Source of the DNA: Octopus sinensis
Lineage: Eukaryota
Direction: 5' to 3'
DNA length: 64,000 nt
Assembly (NCBI RefSeq): GCF_006345805.1
Contig: NW_021833041.1
Location: 62,001-126,000 of the forward strand
Shown: piece after piece, positions 24,661 through 37,989 of the stretch
Numbering within the stretch: position 1 is the stretch's first letter
Layout of the letters: every line of letters begins with the position of its first letter
Notes under the pieces: model-generated
The model's input: the letters and a program-made list of their open reading frames with translations, nothing else
What the model was told of the DNA's origin: nothing
Databases searched by the model: none
Position numbers and translations under genes: made by a program

Positions 24661-26909
24661 TCTGGAGAGTGTCTCGTTTGATGCTCGCTGATCCAGCCCT
24701 TTCCTGACCTTTAGTCAGCGAGAGGCGCTGGATTGCACCTTCTCTGGGGTCTACAGTGCAAGAGAAGAGGAGGAAGAAGGGGAGGAGGTGCGTGGAGTGC
24801 CATCCTCTGCTCACTTCGAAGGTTCTGGACTTAGTTAGAAAAAAAATTAGTTTCTTTTTATTAATAAAACTTTTAGTCGTTGCGATAATTTTTATCGTAT
24901 GGTATATTAAATTTTCTATTGCTAACAAATTTTAATTTGGTACTTGGATCTAGATTTTTCTTTACTAATTTTTTTAGGCTGATCTGATATTTGAGAATAT
25001 TCATGACGTTCCATGAACTGTAAAATAAATAAAATAAATACAAACACTTTGAAAATATTTTGTATTTTTTATCAAATTTATTTCTTTATTGAATTCTAGT
25101 CTTGAAATGAAATTCCCCTGTCCTGATTCTAATTTTTCAGTAATAGCAAAATCTTCCAAGTATTTTCCTATAATAATTTTCAATAAAATAAAATACCTAA
25201 TAACTTTACAATTGATGCAGAAAATATTTTTAAAAAATTCATTTCATCAAAATTTGTCCAGTCAATATTGAAGTTAAAAAATAATTTTAAATTATTTTTT
25301 AAATCATTTTTCTAAATTTAAATTATTCTTCCTAACAATTTTTGTTGGAAGTAGATTTTTACACAACAACATGTTAATGCAAAAGGATCTGTCGAGATCA
25401 ATAGTGAGTGCTTCTGTATATTCAGAAGGTGCCATTTTCTAAAATTAGTTAATTTTTGTACATTTTAAAAATATCTAGAAAATAACATATTATGAATTAA
25501 TTATATTACCATAAAAGATTTGAATGGAATACCAACAATAAAAGGATTGAGAAAACTATATGTGATTAAGACTAAAAACCTTAATGCTGAATATGAATCC
25601 TCTTGCAATAAAGGTACAAATCTGCATTGCCTATCAAAATAAAAAATTTGCGAATTATTCATTAAACCATTCAAATGGTCGAATAAGGTCCAGGATACCA
25701 TATATACAGCAGGTTAACTTATGAATAAATTTTGAAGTTAAAATTATATTCTTTTCAAAAAGCATACTATCATATAACTAAATTTAAATAAATTACGCTT
25801 CAAAAATAAGAACAAAAGCGTCGACATTGATTGTTTGGCACATCATCTTAACGAATCCCTAAAAAGTAATTTAGAGCCATTTTAATAATTTGTAAAAATA
25901 TATAACTATACTTTTTTATCTAAAAACATTTTCGAAGTTTCTGTAGTTATTACAGAAGAATTTTTCAACGAAAGCTATAAATGAAAATATAGATAAAGAA
26001 AAGTTATCAACCATGCCTCGGGGTGAAAATTTTTTTGTTTGAAAAAGATCTTCATATTTTGTAGCTTTTAATGCGGCGCAAATTATATTGTTAAGATTAT
26101 CAAATTGGTTATCAACGAACAAGTAGTTCAACACAGTTAAAAAATCAAAAAACTGAGTATGCCGTGAAAATGCACTAATGTGAATTTAATTAAAATAACC
26201 TTAAAATGCATATCACAATGTTAGAAGTTCGGCATGGTAAACAATGACAAAAAGTGAATAAACCATTTCTACTAGTTAAGGTCGTGGTAAATGGAAAACA
26301 ATCCGAATATATTCTAAGATATATAATAAATGTATCAAACGTTTTGCGAAATTGATATAAAAATTCAATAATTTTTTGTACGAGTGTCTATTTTATTGAC
26401 ATTAGCTGTTTATGTAATACCTTATCAAATTCTAGCGGCCAGATATGTTTTATTTCAACTCGATCTAGATTTATTAACAAATTTTAACTGTCAGAAGAAA
26501 CTGATACAATAGAAACTAATTCAATTAATTTGTCTGTATTTTTTCTATTAAAAATATAAAAAACTTCTAAGTAGAAAAATTACCTTAATCGTAAGTCCAT
26601 TATTTATCTCTTAGTGTTCAGGACAAAATAGGTTAATTAATTTTTTTCAAGTTGATACAATTCTAAATAATAATTTAAAAAATTAATAAATAGAAATAAA
26701 TTTTAATTGTCAATTCCAAGGAAATTTCAATTTCCTTTACTCATAAGAACCAATGAGCCGAAATCCACAATAATTTTGATAATATCACTCATATCATTCT
26801 GAACGTGATAACGTGGTGGCATTTAGAAAAAGAGCTTCATTTTCCCTATCCGTAAAAAATGGACCAACAAAGAAGGCCTTCGCCGATGTGGAGACATCGA
26901 GTCAAACCC

Positions 26910-27270
26910 TGGCCCAGTTATGATAGTTTAGCTCAATGTAAACGGTATCAAGAACAAACCTCTTGAACTTCGAACATTTCTGGATAAACACCACGTCGAC
27001 GTACTACTTTAAGAGTCTAAAGTTTAGAGTCTAAACTCTCGCCCAGCAGTCCAACTCCAAAGTTTCCTGGATTTTCTGTTGTTTGTCGAGTCAGAAATGG
27101 GAAAGTTGGTGGAGGTATCCTGACTATCATTCGGAAAGGGATTCCCTATGTGGATGTTATTGACAATGTATGCACTTTGCTCTAGGATTGCGAAAACCTT
27201 GAACTTGTGACAATAAAAATTCGTCTCCCGAGAAGTTCGATGACATAAATTAACGTATATTTTCCTCCTC
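26910..27270 (+). mobile_element. LINE apurinic-endonuclease (APE) domain fragment
   Basis: LNVNGIKNKPLELRTFLDKHHVDVLL..ESK, GKVGGGILTIIRKGIPY, INVYFPP. Confidence 0.72.
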
Positions 27271-28187
27271 TGAGTTCATGTTGTTCTCGTACTCACAAAT
27301 TATTCTCTTACGGAAGGCCCGGTTTGACTCGAGGCGGCCTAAGTCCGAAGATTACCAGCGCCAGTGGGACGAGATTGTATGTCGTTCTTTGTACGAAGAA
27401 CTCACCCCGAAACTTAACCAACACAGGCTCGCCTGCCCTTGTGCAGGCTGTCATCCAGGCAGCGGTGCTTGGATTGATGCTTTCCCCCTCCCTTCAATTT
27501 GGAACCTCCTGGACTCCGAGTGCCTAATACAGTCGGACCTCGGTTTGAGCCACTTGGTGGCTCATAAACCGAGGTTGTATCATAAACCGAGGTTCGCTAA
27601 TAATCCTAATTAACAGTACTTTAAGTAAAAAATAGTTCACAAGAAACAGATAGAAACTGTTCATAAGTTATACTTTTTTGAAATAATGCGTAATCTTTTC
27701 TCCAAAACGATTTTTATCCCGTAAATTAATCATTATTTTTTTCCTTAGGGCGTAGAAATCATTTAATAATTCTGGAGAAAGTTTGCATATATTTTCCTCC
27801 ATATTATTAATAAGAGTCAGTGGATCTATGATGTCTGTTGATTCAGGCCCATTATAAAAATTTATTTCGCTTTCAAGCAATTCTTCGACAAAGACTTCGT
27901 TCACCATTTCTGTCAAGTCCGTATGAATCTTCGAATTGATATTTATTGTTTCCTCCCATCTACACTCAAAAATTTTTTTCCAACAATTTTGAATTTGATT
28001 TGAAGTTACATTGGCCCAGGCTTCAGAAATTAGTTGCATCACATTCCGTAAATTGAAACTTTTGATTGCTTCCAAAAAATTGCTTCTATTTTCACAAATG
28101 CATACGAATTCGATAAGTAAATTACTGTAATTTGTCTTCAGTGCTTTAATTATGCCCATATCCAATGGCTGAACTAACTATGTAGTG

Positions 28188-29580
28188 CAGGCCTGGCCAA
28201 CCAAAATCGCATCGCGGGCCACTTTGTCCAAATGAATCCTTTCCGCGGGCCGCATATACATGTACATACTAAGGATAGATATCAAAACAACACAGATAAG
28301 ATTTTATTTAGTAAAATAGCATTCAGTCCAATTATACGTATCAATGAGAAATCTGTTTTTCTTTATCTTCACTTAATTTTTTCAAATCAACTTCACAATT
28401 ACTAGTTGCACATCTTAATTGGTTTTCTAAGTTTTTATCTGTTAAAGAAGATCTATATCTACTTTTACTAAACTTTAATTTCGAAAAGAATGATTCACAT
28501 ACGTAAGTAGATCCAAAGGAGCTTACACTCTTTGTGCAAAAATTCTTAAGTTGGGATATTTTTCTGCAGTCACATATTTGTTATAAAAGTCAATTTTGGA
28601 TATAGTAGGATAAACAAGTCTTAGTTCACTGTTGCACTGTAGGTCAATTATTTCCGTCTGCAAAGTATTTGAAACAATAGAAACGTCAACATGAAATGGA
28701 GAAGAAAATGTTTCAAACATTTTCTCATATTTTTTAGTTCCGAGAATCGACTGTCAAATGCTGCAGCAAGATTTTTTATTTCATCAGCGTACTTGAAGAA
28801 ATTTTTTACAATGGCTGATTTTAAATTGATTTAGCGTTGGAAAATGTTGATCATTTCCATTTCTTATTGACATTCAAACAATGACAATTTCATTCGAAAT
28901 GCTTTGACTTGATGGCATGCATTAGTAATCAAATTATCCTGTCCTTGTAACTCCTTGTTTAATTGATTAATTTTTTCGGTTATATCTACCAAAAGCACAG
29001 ATCTAGCATCCATTCTTCATCATTTAATTCAGTTAATGTCATTTTCTTATGCATCATAAAACTTTTGATTTCTTCTCTCAAGTCGAAAAAACGTTTTAAA
29101 CATTTTCCGCGACTCAGCCATCTGACATTGAAAAATACACAAGATCACCATAGTGAGAATATAACTCGTTCAATAATTCTTTAAACTGGCGATGTTGAAG
29201 TGCATGAGAACGAATGAAGTTTATAGTTCTTACAACCACACTCATAACATGGTTCATAGACAACACTTGCGCGCACAAATTGTGTTGATGTATCAAGCAG
29301 TGTATTACAAATAAATCATTTTTTATGCTTCTTGACTCCATCTCATCCATTATTAGCTTTACAATCCTTTATTCTTTTATTTCTTCATATTGATAACAGC
29401 TACAAAAATAGATAAACTTTAAAATTTATTAACTTATAAAATTTATCTTTATTTATAAACTTAAGAAAAATTTCTTGAATGTATTTATAGGTTAACTACA
29501 TACAAAATTTCTCTCGCGGGCCGCACCAAACTCCATCGCGGGCCGCATGCGGCCCGCGGGCCTTGGGTTGGCCAGCCCTG
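28188..29580 (-). mobile_element. Internally deleted hAT (GTF2IRD2/SPIN-like) nested in the pogo element
   Basis: TIR CAGG(C/G)CTGGCCAACC. Perfect 8-bp TSD ATGTAGTG (28180-28187, 29581-29588). GCGGGCCG subterminal repeats. Transposase HCLIHQHNLCAQ...VVRTINFIRSHALQHRQF. Confidence 0.92.
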
Positions 29581-29636
29581 ATGTAGTGTTTTTAGAAATA
29601 AAAAATTCAATGTTTGAATAATCGGATAGTCTATGA

Positions 29637-31817
29637 CAGAGGTTTCCAAATGGGGAGGCGCGCCTCCCTAGGGAGGCGTTGACTCGTGTCAAGGGAGGCG
29701 CGAAAAGTATTTCAGAAACATTTTTTAGAAAATTATATCTATGTAAAAAACGTGACTATATTCGATAATAAGAGTTATTAATTTAAAAATTATATTTTTT
29801 CAAAATTTATTAATTTATTAGACAATTAAATAATTTTAACACATGAATAAATTCTTGAGTGGTTGCAAAAGAAAATTCCGAATAATAAGATTTTGACGAT
29901 GGTTCAAAAAATCAAAATGATTGGAATATAATCAATACCACTCCAAAGACAAGAAAATACTTTCCATCTTACTTATTGTTAGGATTCACACGTATCTTTG
30001 TTGATTCTATGGAAAAACCCCTCTGTTTGCTTTGCCTCAAAACACTTGCAGCAGATAGTATGAGGCCATGCAAATTAAGACATTTTGAAACGATTCATTC
30101 TGAACATGTCCATAAGTCTGAAGAATTTTTTAAAAGAAAATTAGAAGAGTTTGATAACCAAACGAAATCGTTAAAAAAACTTGTTTCTGTCTCTTCAAAT
30201 GCTTTACTAGCATCGTACAAAGTTTCTTACAGGATTGCAAAATGCAAGAAACCGCACAATATCGGAGAAACTCTAGTTTTGCCAGCAGCTATCGATATGG
30301 TTGAAGCAATGTTTGGCGAATCCTATGCAAAACAATTACAGCAAATACCGCTTGCTGATAACACAGTCGCTAGAAGAATTGATGACATATCTGAAGATCT
30401 TTGTGATCAGTTGGTTTCTCGACTACGTAACTGTAAATTTGCTATACAAGTTGATGAGGGAGCTGACATAAATAAAAATGCACATTTAATTGCATATGTC
30501 AGATTGCTGAAGAAAGTACATAATAGAAGATCTATTATTTGCAAACCATTTCCTGGAAGGAGCACGGCCAATGAAATTTTTAATATATTGATACTTTTTT
30601 TGAAGAAAATAACATAGAATGGATCAATTGTGTTGGACTTTGTACAGACGAGCAGAAGAGCAGCACAGTCAATGTCAGAAATAATCGGTCTTCAAGCTCT
30701 TGTAAAAAACAGAGCACCAGAAATTATCTGGACGCACTGCATGCTGCACAGATCAGCACTTGTCTCAAAGAATATGAGTCCAGAACTGAACGATATTTTT
30801 GCGCAAATTACAAAAGTTATAAACTACATAAAACACAGTCCTTTAAGAGCTAAGCTTTTTGCAAAGCTGTGTGAAGATATGGATTCAAAAGATACATCGC
30901 TTTTATACTATTGTGAGGTACGCTGGCTATCTCGTGCAAAAGTGATTAGAAGGGTGTTTGAACTCAAAGATCAAGTTGCAGATTTTCTTGATGAAAATGA
31001 TATTGAAGATGCAAAGTTGTTCGGGATGATGACTTTATTGTCAAATTTGCCTATTTAGTTGACATTTTTGGGAAATTGAGTATATTGAATAAATCAATGC
31101 AGGGACCACAACCATTTATTCTCTCAAAGGACAAAATAAAAGCATTTATGAAAAAATTGGTATTATGGAAATCAAATATACAAAAAAATATCTATGACAT
31201 GTTTCCACTTTTAAACACCTTTTGCGCCATAGTGAACATTGAAGCAAACAAAGACATATTTGCTGAACATTGGATTGTTTGTTGAAGCATTTTGCTCACT
31301 ATTTTAAAGATCTCGACTGTAAAATGTTCGAATGGATACAAAATCCATTTATTGATGAAGAAGATAATCAATTTGCATTGACAACTTTTGAAAAAGAAAA
31401 TTGATAGAATTGTCATGCGATACATTATTGAAACAAAAATTTGAGAGAGAACCGCAATTTCTTTTTGGTTGAATGTAGAACGGAATATGAAATTTGTCGA
31501 ATAAGCAATGAAAGTTTTGTTTGCCATTTGCTACTTCATATTTATGCGAAACTGGATTTTCTGCACTAGCTGCAATTAAATCTAAATATCAAACTCGTTT
31601 AGTAGTGACTAATGAGCTAAGAGTAGCACTCTCTGCGATGACACCAAGATTTGAAAAACTTTGCGCCAAGATGGAAAAAAAATTATCTCATTAACTTTTT
31701 GTTTTTTAAAAAAATTGTTTTTGATAAAATAATAATTGTATTATATTATGGAATAAAGGGAGGCGCAAGATTGTACTTTTTCTAAGGGAGGCGCGTAAAA
31801 AAAGCTTGGAACCTCTG
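29637..31817 (+). mobile_element. Full-length hAT/Buster element (2181 bp) nested in the pogo element; transposase frameshifted in this assembly
   Basis: TIR CAGAGGTTTCCAA / TTGGAACCTCTG. Perfect 8-bp TSD GTCTATGA (29629-29636, 31818-31825). BED-like zinc finger (CLLC...RHFETIH), KKPHNIGETLVLPA, IQVDE, THCMLHR, EVRWLSR, SYLCETGFS. Confidence 0.95.
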
Positions 31818-33623
31818 GTCTATGAGAACTAGCATTATCCAACAACATTAATATTTTTCGGTTTTCAGTAAGCATTCTGGTATTTAATTTAAAAACCCAG
31901 CTTTTAAAAATTTCAGTTGTCATCCACGAATTTTTAGAGAAAGTACATGACGTTAAAAACATCAGGAATTGTTTTAAGCACCGAGGGTTTCCATATTTGC
32001 CGATAATTAAAGGCTCCAGTTTCTCTCCAAGATAACTGCAGCATAGAGGCTAACCCTTTCCTTGTGCTGCTTAAAACCAAACAAATTTTCACCACATTGT
32101 ACAAATGACTTAGTTGGTGTATTTTTGAAATAAAGTGCAGTTTCGTTGCAATTAAATACATTTTCTTTACCATAATAAACAACTTTTGTATCTAATTCTT
32201 GGAAAAAATGTGGGAGCATGGATGTATCTGCGGAACCCTTTTCACCACACAATGTAAATTATGTGTCGTTTCTTGAATCTTTGAAGCCAACCATTAGACG
32301 ATTTGAAATTATTCAATGATAATTTTGAAGCGACCATCGACCCAATTTTCTTAATGGTCGGTCCAGATAAGGAAACTTTTTCAAGTCGCAATTTGTGAAA
32401 AATTTCGAAAACTTTAAGATCGAGATTTTTAAGCTTTTCAGAATCACTAGTTTGCTCGGATAAATCAGAATAAATAGTTCCATTATCAAGAAAAGGGAAA
32501 TCTTTTTTTATACGTGAAAATGTAGCCCTGCTAACTTTGAAAATTTCCGCAATTCTGCGCTCTAAAAGCTGGTTCCGTTTAATATATTGGGCTATTTCGA
32601 GTTTTTTTTCGTGATCAATTTTCATTTTAGGCATCTAGAAAACATAGAACAGTGGAAAATACTTTAACATAGATAACAACATGACAAGGAAAAAATTCTT
32701 TAAAATAAACGATAAAATATATAAAATAAAAATAATTATATTACAAAATATTTAGTTTATAGCAATTTTTAGATGGCTCATAACGAGGTCTATTTTTAAT
32801 TGATTTTTACAAACCCCTTAGGAAAAAAGCAGTTTCAAAAAACGTGGCTCAAAAATAGAGTTTGTATTATAAAGCGAGTATAGATCATACCCGAGGTCTG
32901 GCTCATAACGAGGTCCGACTGTAATCACTATCTCCTTACTTGTCGGGCTTAAAATCTGTCAGGCCCATAAATGTCGCTATGGCGGAACTGTGGACGAATT
33001 CGAGTTACATCTCCTCTTCTGCCCCTGCAGTGCAGGCCTGCGCATCGCCACAGCGAACTGAACGACATCGTGAAGTGTTACCTCGAAGCCGCCGGGTGCC
33101 GTCCGTCCTCAAACCTGTCGGTTTGGACAGAGGTGACGGCAAACGCCCTGACGTCTTAACTACATTCCCTTTTGAGCAGGGAAAATCTTTTATATGGATA
33201 TTCTACCTGCTGTGACACATTCTCCAACGTGAGTCTTGCCGTGTCGGCCGTCGACTCAGGCTTTGCTTCCAATCGTGCCGAAGATCTCAAAATCCTTAAG
33301 TATGCTCACCTCTCCAATTTCGTTTTCACAGTTATCGCCATTGAAACTTCTGAGGTCTTTGGCCGTAAGTCACTTTGTTTCCTACGCTGGTTAGGGAGAA
33401 AGATCGCCTAAAGAAGGGACGACCCAGGAGAGTCTTTTTGGCTTCTTCAACGCCTCTCCATTGCCGTAATCCGCGGCAACTGCCTCGCAATCCGCGAGGC
33501 TGGGAAGGCGCCCTAAATTGTGTAGTCTTCAACAATCTTTCTCCCTTTTCTAAATCTCCATAAATTAACTTCTTACTTTTTAAAAAAAAGTATTAATTTA
33601 TTAATGTTGTTACTTTGACTGGT

Positions 33624-36600
33624 ATGAAAGTAGACTACGGAAAATTGGACTCTCTCTCGGATTTCCTTAGGAAAACAGTCCTAAATAACCAAGTTTTTTT
33701 AAAATTGTACAAAAAAGAACCCTATCACCGGTCTTGTCTGCAGTGACGTCCGATTCCGCCATGCCTGGGTGCGGGACAACACGTACGTGGGGGTCAGTCT
33801 CTGGGCACTGTCCATCGCCTACAAAAAATCAGACCACAACGAGCACAAATACTTGGCCACGGAATTCGAAAAGGTCACATGTTGAAAAAAATAGAAAGCT
33901 GGCAGTCAAATTAATGCGAGGACTCCTCCGTTGTATGAGTGGCCAGAAGGCAAAGGTCACCGCCTTCATTGGCTCGCAGAGTCTGGGGGATGCCCTCCAC
34001 GCCAAATACTCCGCGGACTCGTGTCTCCCAGTGGTGGGGGATTGGGACTACGGACACTTGCAGGTGGACGCCACTTCTCTCTTCCTACTCTGCCTTGCCC
34101 AAATGATTGCAGGGGGTTGGATTCACTCACTCTTTTAGGCCTCCCTTTGATTTTCAATGCCGATGAGGCTTGCTTTGTCCAGAATTTGATTTTTTATATC
34201 GAAACAGCTTTCCGTCTGCCAGTTAGTGCATTCGGTCAGTTTAGGACTACGGAATATGGGAACGCGGTGATAAGACCAACCACGGAATGCCAGAACTCAA
34301 CTGCAGTTCAGTCGGAATGGCAAAAGTAGTGAATATGACTATATTTTAGGCCGCATTGGAAGCATTGCACCATTTGAATTTATTTCCTGCCAGTTCAAGC
34401 GGGGGAAGTGTGGTGTTTTCTATTTTGGATGGGGCATGTCGTTGTGAGGCAGTGCTCAATTCGATGCTCCCCCGTGAGTCCATATCGAAGGTGTGTTGAG
34501 TGAGGTGAGTCCCCAGGAAGTGGACGCAGGGTTACTGTCGGTGATCTCCTACCCAGCATTCGCAGTGAGTGACCCAGAACTGATCCAAGTGACACGGAAG
34601 GAGATCAGATGTAAGCTGGAGGGGCACTACGGGTGTTGTCGGTTCATTAGAGATGGGTACAACACAGCAGTGGAGGTGTAGTGTGGTGAATATAGGCAGG
34701 ACAGTGGTAGACTGCACTACGAACACTCCGAGTTGAGAGCATTCGAGAATATCGAATGTGAATGGCCACTTTTCTTCATTTATTATGTCATTGATTGTGT
34801 GTTTAATAACCAATTGGAGAAGGTGGCATTCACTGGTTGCACTCACAGGCTGCCCACTACTACGATCGAGTCACGTCTCTGATGACTAACACCCTCGTTA
34901 TCCCGGAGATGTACATGGTCCCTCTACAAAATGTATTCACACTCAGTCAACAGATTTCCAACGAGTATCGCAAGCCGGGGAGTCAGACTCGATATCCGGT
35001 CGGCCAGATTCCTCATGTTTGGTCACATGCCCTCTACGTCGTCGCCTCACTCCTTCTTTTTGTTGGTTTTGTGGCATTTATAAGAATCTGGTCGACCCGG
35101 GGGAGATTGACCCACTCAACCGACGCATTCTCACTGCCAAGAAGACTGACTTGGTCGTCCAGGGTGGCTGCCTTCCTAACTGATGAATAGTCTCCATTAT
35201 AGCGGAATGTGAGAATATTAAGGACATGTTGAGTTCCTGTGGTGTCTCCGCCTACATGGTCGAGGATCTGCTCCCCCTCGAGGTGTTCAGAGCCCGGGCT
35301 TTGAACAGTTTTTTCAATTTAATTGGTCGGTTGAAAGTTCTAGAACATTCAGGAAACAACGAGAGACTTGGACTGTATGGGAGGAGGTCGGACGATATTG
35401 GACTGATGGGGACCAGTCACATCTACAAAATATGTTCCACGACAATGTTCTTCCTTCCCCGGGTCCCCTCTGATGTGCTATGCCCAGATTGCTGATGTGG
35501 AGTCCTTCTACTTGGGATCTGACCCCAACTACATGATCGATGCCATCAAACACGAGATTGGGTACCTCGTCACCTCCTGGAAGGGGGATGGGAGGCCTGT
35601 CTACCTCGTCTATGTCGGCAAGACTTACCTGAGTCCCCACGTCCTTATATTTGCCAGCCAAGAACAGCACTCTCCACCCAGCACTGATTGGGCTTGTTCA
35701 GAAGATCAAAGATGGCTTTATCTCAGGATATCGGTAGATTCCTTTGATCATGGCTGGCAGAGTGGACTTGGGGTCACCTTTGGACTTTATCGACACCTCA
35801 TCGACCATAAACCTCGAGAACACTCTTGCCAATGTCGATGAGAGTAGTCCACTTTATATTCCCCAGATAGCTCAATTCACTTCGATCGAATCAGAAAAAG
35901 CTCGAATTTAAGTTGGGATGACAGTGAGCTTCAAAAAACAGAGAACGACTCCAAAATATGCTCACTCCCCCGAAATGGGTCTATCCGGAAGTCAATGTCC
36001 AGCCAGGCTCCTGATTGGTGGTCCCCTCCACAGATGAGTAGTTTTGAAAGCAATGGTGAAAAAGTGTATTATTGCAGAGAATAAGGCATCCCTCAAGTCG
36101 TTCTACACGTCGGACTGCAGGCTGAGTTCATCAGTGGAGGATTTGTTGAGTGCATTAAATGAGACCACTTCATTGACAGAACAGGCAGAAGTGGCGAACT
36201 GTCTCTATTTGAAGACGTTGGTTAATTGATTATATAAAGTGGGTCACTGGACACTCAATTGGGGGAGGGAGTCAGTTTGGGTGACCTCTTTCGGGATTTG
36301 TACTACAAATGTTGTAATTGTAAACATTGGTGTCTTGTCCGATACACTGCAGGGGTGTTGTCCAAGAGGGTGGATGGCCTGGATGAGGTGCCTGTCCAAA
36401 ACATCCTTTTAGGCCTTGACTGACCTGATTATCCACCACAAACAGGTCTCCTTTGGAATCCCTGAACGAATCAGGTTCTTTTTAATGTTTTACTCTCAAT
36501 TAGGAAGTATGGAGAGAACGTGGAGGAGAGAGTTATTGAAAAGTGACATTTGCAGTATCATGTCCATAGACTGCTCTCCCCAGACGAGATCATGGGAGTG

Positions 36601-37683
36601 TTGAGAGAGATCTATTCCACTGATTTGTGCAGTCAGTGTCTCTCCCAGGTACGACTGGATGTCACTTTGTGTAGGAACTGATCATTTATTTGGCTTCTTT
36701 TATTAGAGCAGATCCCAATATATTTAAGCGGATGTTGAGGATCCGGATTGGTCTGATCCTCAAACTACTGCACAGTGAAGTGATGAGAATATACAAGTTA
36801 AACGGTGATGTGATATTATTATTCTATTTAGATGAAATAGATGCAATGATTCAGTTGAGTTCACTCAGTCCATTTGAATTGAAAAGACTACTGTATGATA
36901 CACTCATTGGGAATGAAACACATTCATTGTTTGGTTATTTGTATTCAATTCATTCAAGTATGTGATGAGAGGGTATGTCAGCGAAGACAGTCCATTATTC
37001 TTCCACCAATGGTAGTGTGAGGGGATTGTAGATGATAAGGAAAGTGTCCACAAGAAGGGGAGGTGGATAAGACGTCGGGAGGTTGATGGATGTCTCGACA
37101 GTGTGCCTGAGGACTTTTATTCTCGGATATGGAAGTTATTAATGCATGTACTACCCAGTCAAATGATGCCCAATTAGTGTTCGGGGGGACTTATTGTGGC
37201 CAATCAGAGGTTTCACTCCATGCTGACTGACGAGGTATGTCCTCCCTATGAGTTAAGATGACTGCTGGGGAGATGAAGTTTGCCTTGGCATTCGAGAAAG
37301 TAATTGGGTCGATTCGTTACCCTGAGTTGAGGCAGCTGTACATAGAATGTGCTGTGGTACTCCAACTGGTGGCGAGTCGGAGTCAGCCCAGTCTGAGTTT
37401 TAATTGGCTTAATTTCGATCGAATATTGAATGAGGCGAATGAGATATTCCTTGCTGACCAGAGTCGGTTGGAGGGTCGTTCTGTGGAGTGTTGTGTTGAG
37501 TATATTGGGAGACAAAAGCCTGGTATTCTGAAATGTGGTGGTGTGGGGGGGATTTGTTATTATTTGTATGATACTCCCCCCTCTGGTCAGTATGGGACAA
37601 TCACCTACATTAGTCGTGCCATTGCCACTCTTGTTCAACTTCCTCGCAGTGATGGTGATATTGTTGATTGTCGTATTTCCTAA
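33624..37683 (+). CDS. PHKA: Phosphorylase b kinase regulatory subunit alpha, many mini-introns
   Basis: NQ|[62 protein letters not shown]|[27 protein letters not shown] (alpha-type), [22 protein letters not shown]-terminal CaaX CRIS*. Confidence 0.93.
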
Positions 37684-37989
37684 TTGTTTACTCAGACTTT
37701 CATTTTCGATATGTTCACTGTTACAGTCGTAGGAAAATATCAAACTTTATTATGACTCGATATTGAAAACTTTTGCAACAATAGTGACAACATCTATGTA
37801 GGGATTCTTAACCTTTGCAGAGGTAGTGAATGATTTTTCCATAGTTTTTTTGATTGCGAAACTTTTAAGTAATTTTAAATTAAATACATTATCCCCAATG
37901 TTAAATTTATATTTCTATCGATGCACCTCCATCTTTTTATTCATTCTTTTATAATAAACAGGAGTTAGGTCTACTCGTGGAAAATCAAA

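Larger units (their letters stand above)
27530..32921 (-). mobile_element. pogo/Tigger-like transposon (about 1.8 kb after removing two nested hATs)
   Basis: 23-bp TIR CAGTCGGACCTCG(GT/TTA)TGAGCCA type with 2 mismatches. TA TSDs at 27528-27529 and 32922-32923. CENP-B HTH (FKSSNGWLQRFKKRH), FNCNETALY, WMTTEIF, LLDNASSH, LVQPLDMGII. Confidence 0.92.
27310..33545 (+). mobile_element. CRE retrotransposon 3' part split into 27310-27529 and 32922-33545 by a pogo/Tigger insertion
   Basis: Removing 27530-32921 and one TA rejoins ...GSGAWIDAFPLPSIWNLLDSECL-IITISLLVGLKICQAHKC in frame, followed by RHSELNDIV, GDGKRPD and an IAVIRGN terminus. Confidence 0.87.

Noticed and set aside
945-31600. Programmed ribosomal frameshifting in the transposases
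   Set aside because: The shifts are numerous, differ between near-identical copies and fall in homopolymers, which fits sequencing error or decay.
33734-37743. Many overlapping and antisense ORFs in the track (e.g. 33966-34157, 35314-35670, 37246-37743)
   Set aside because: They are shadows of the GC-rich PHKA exons and have no recognisable motifs.
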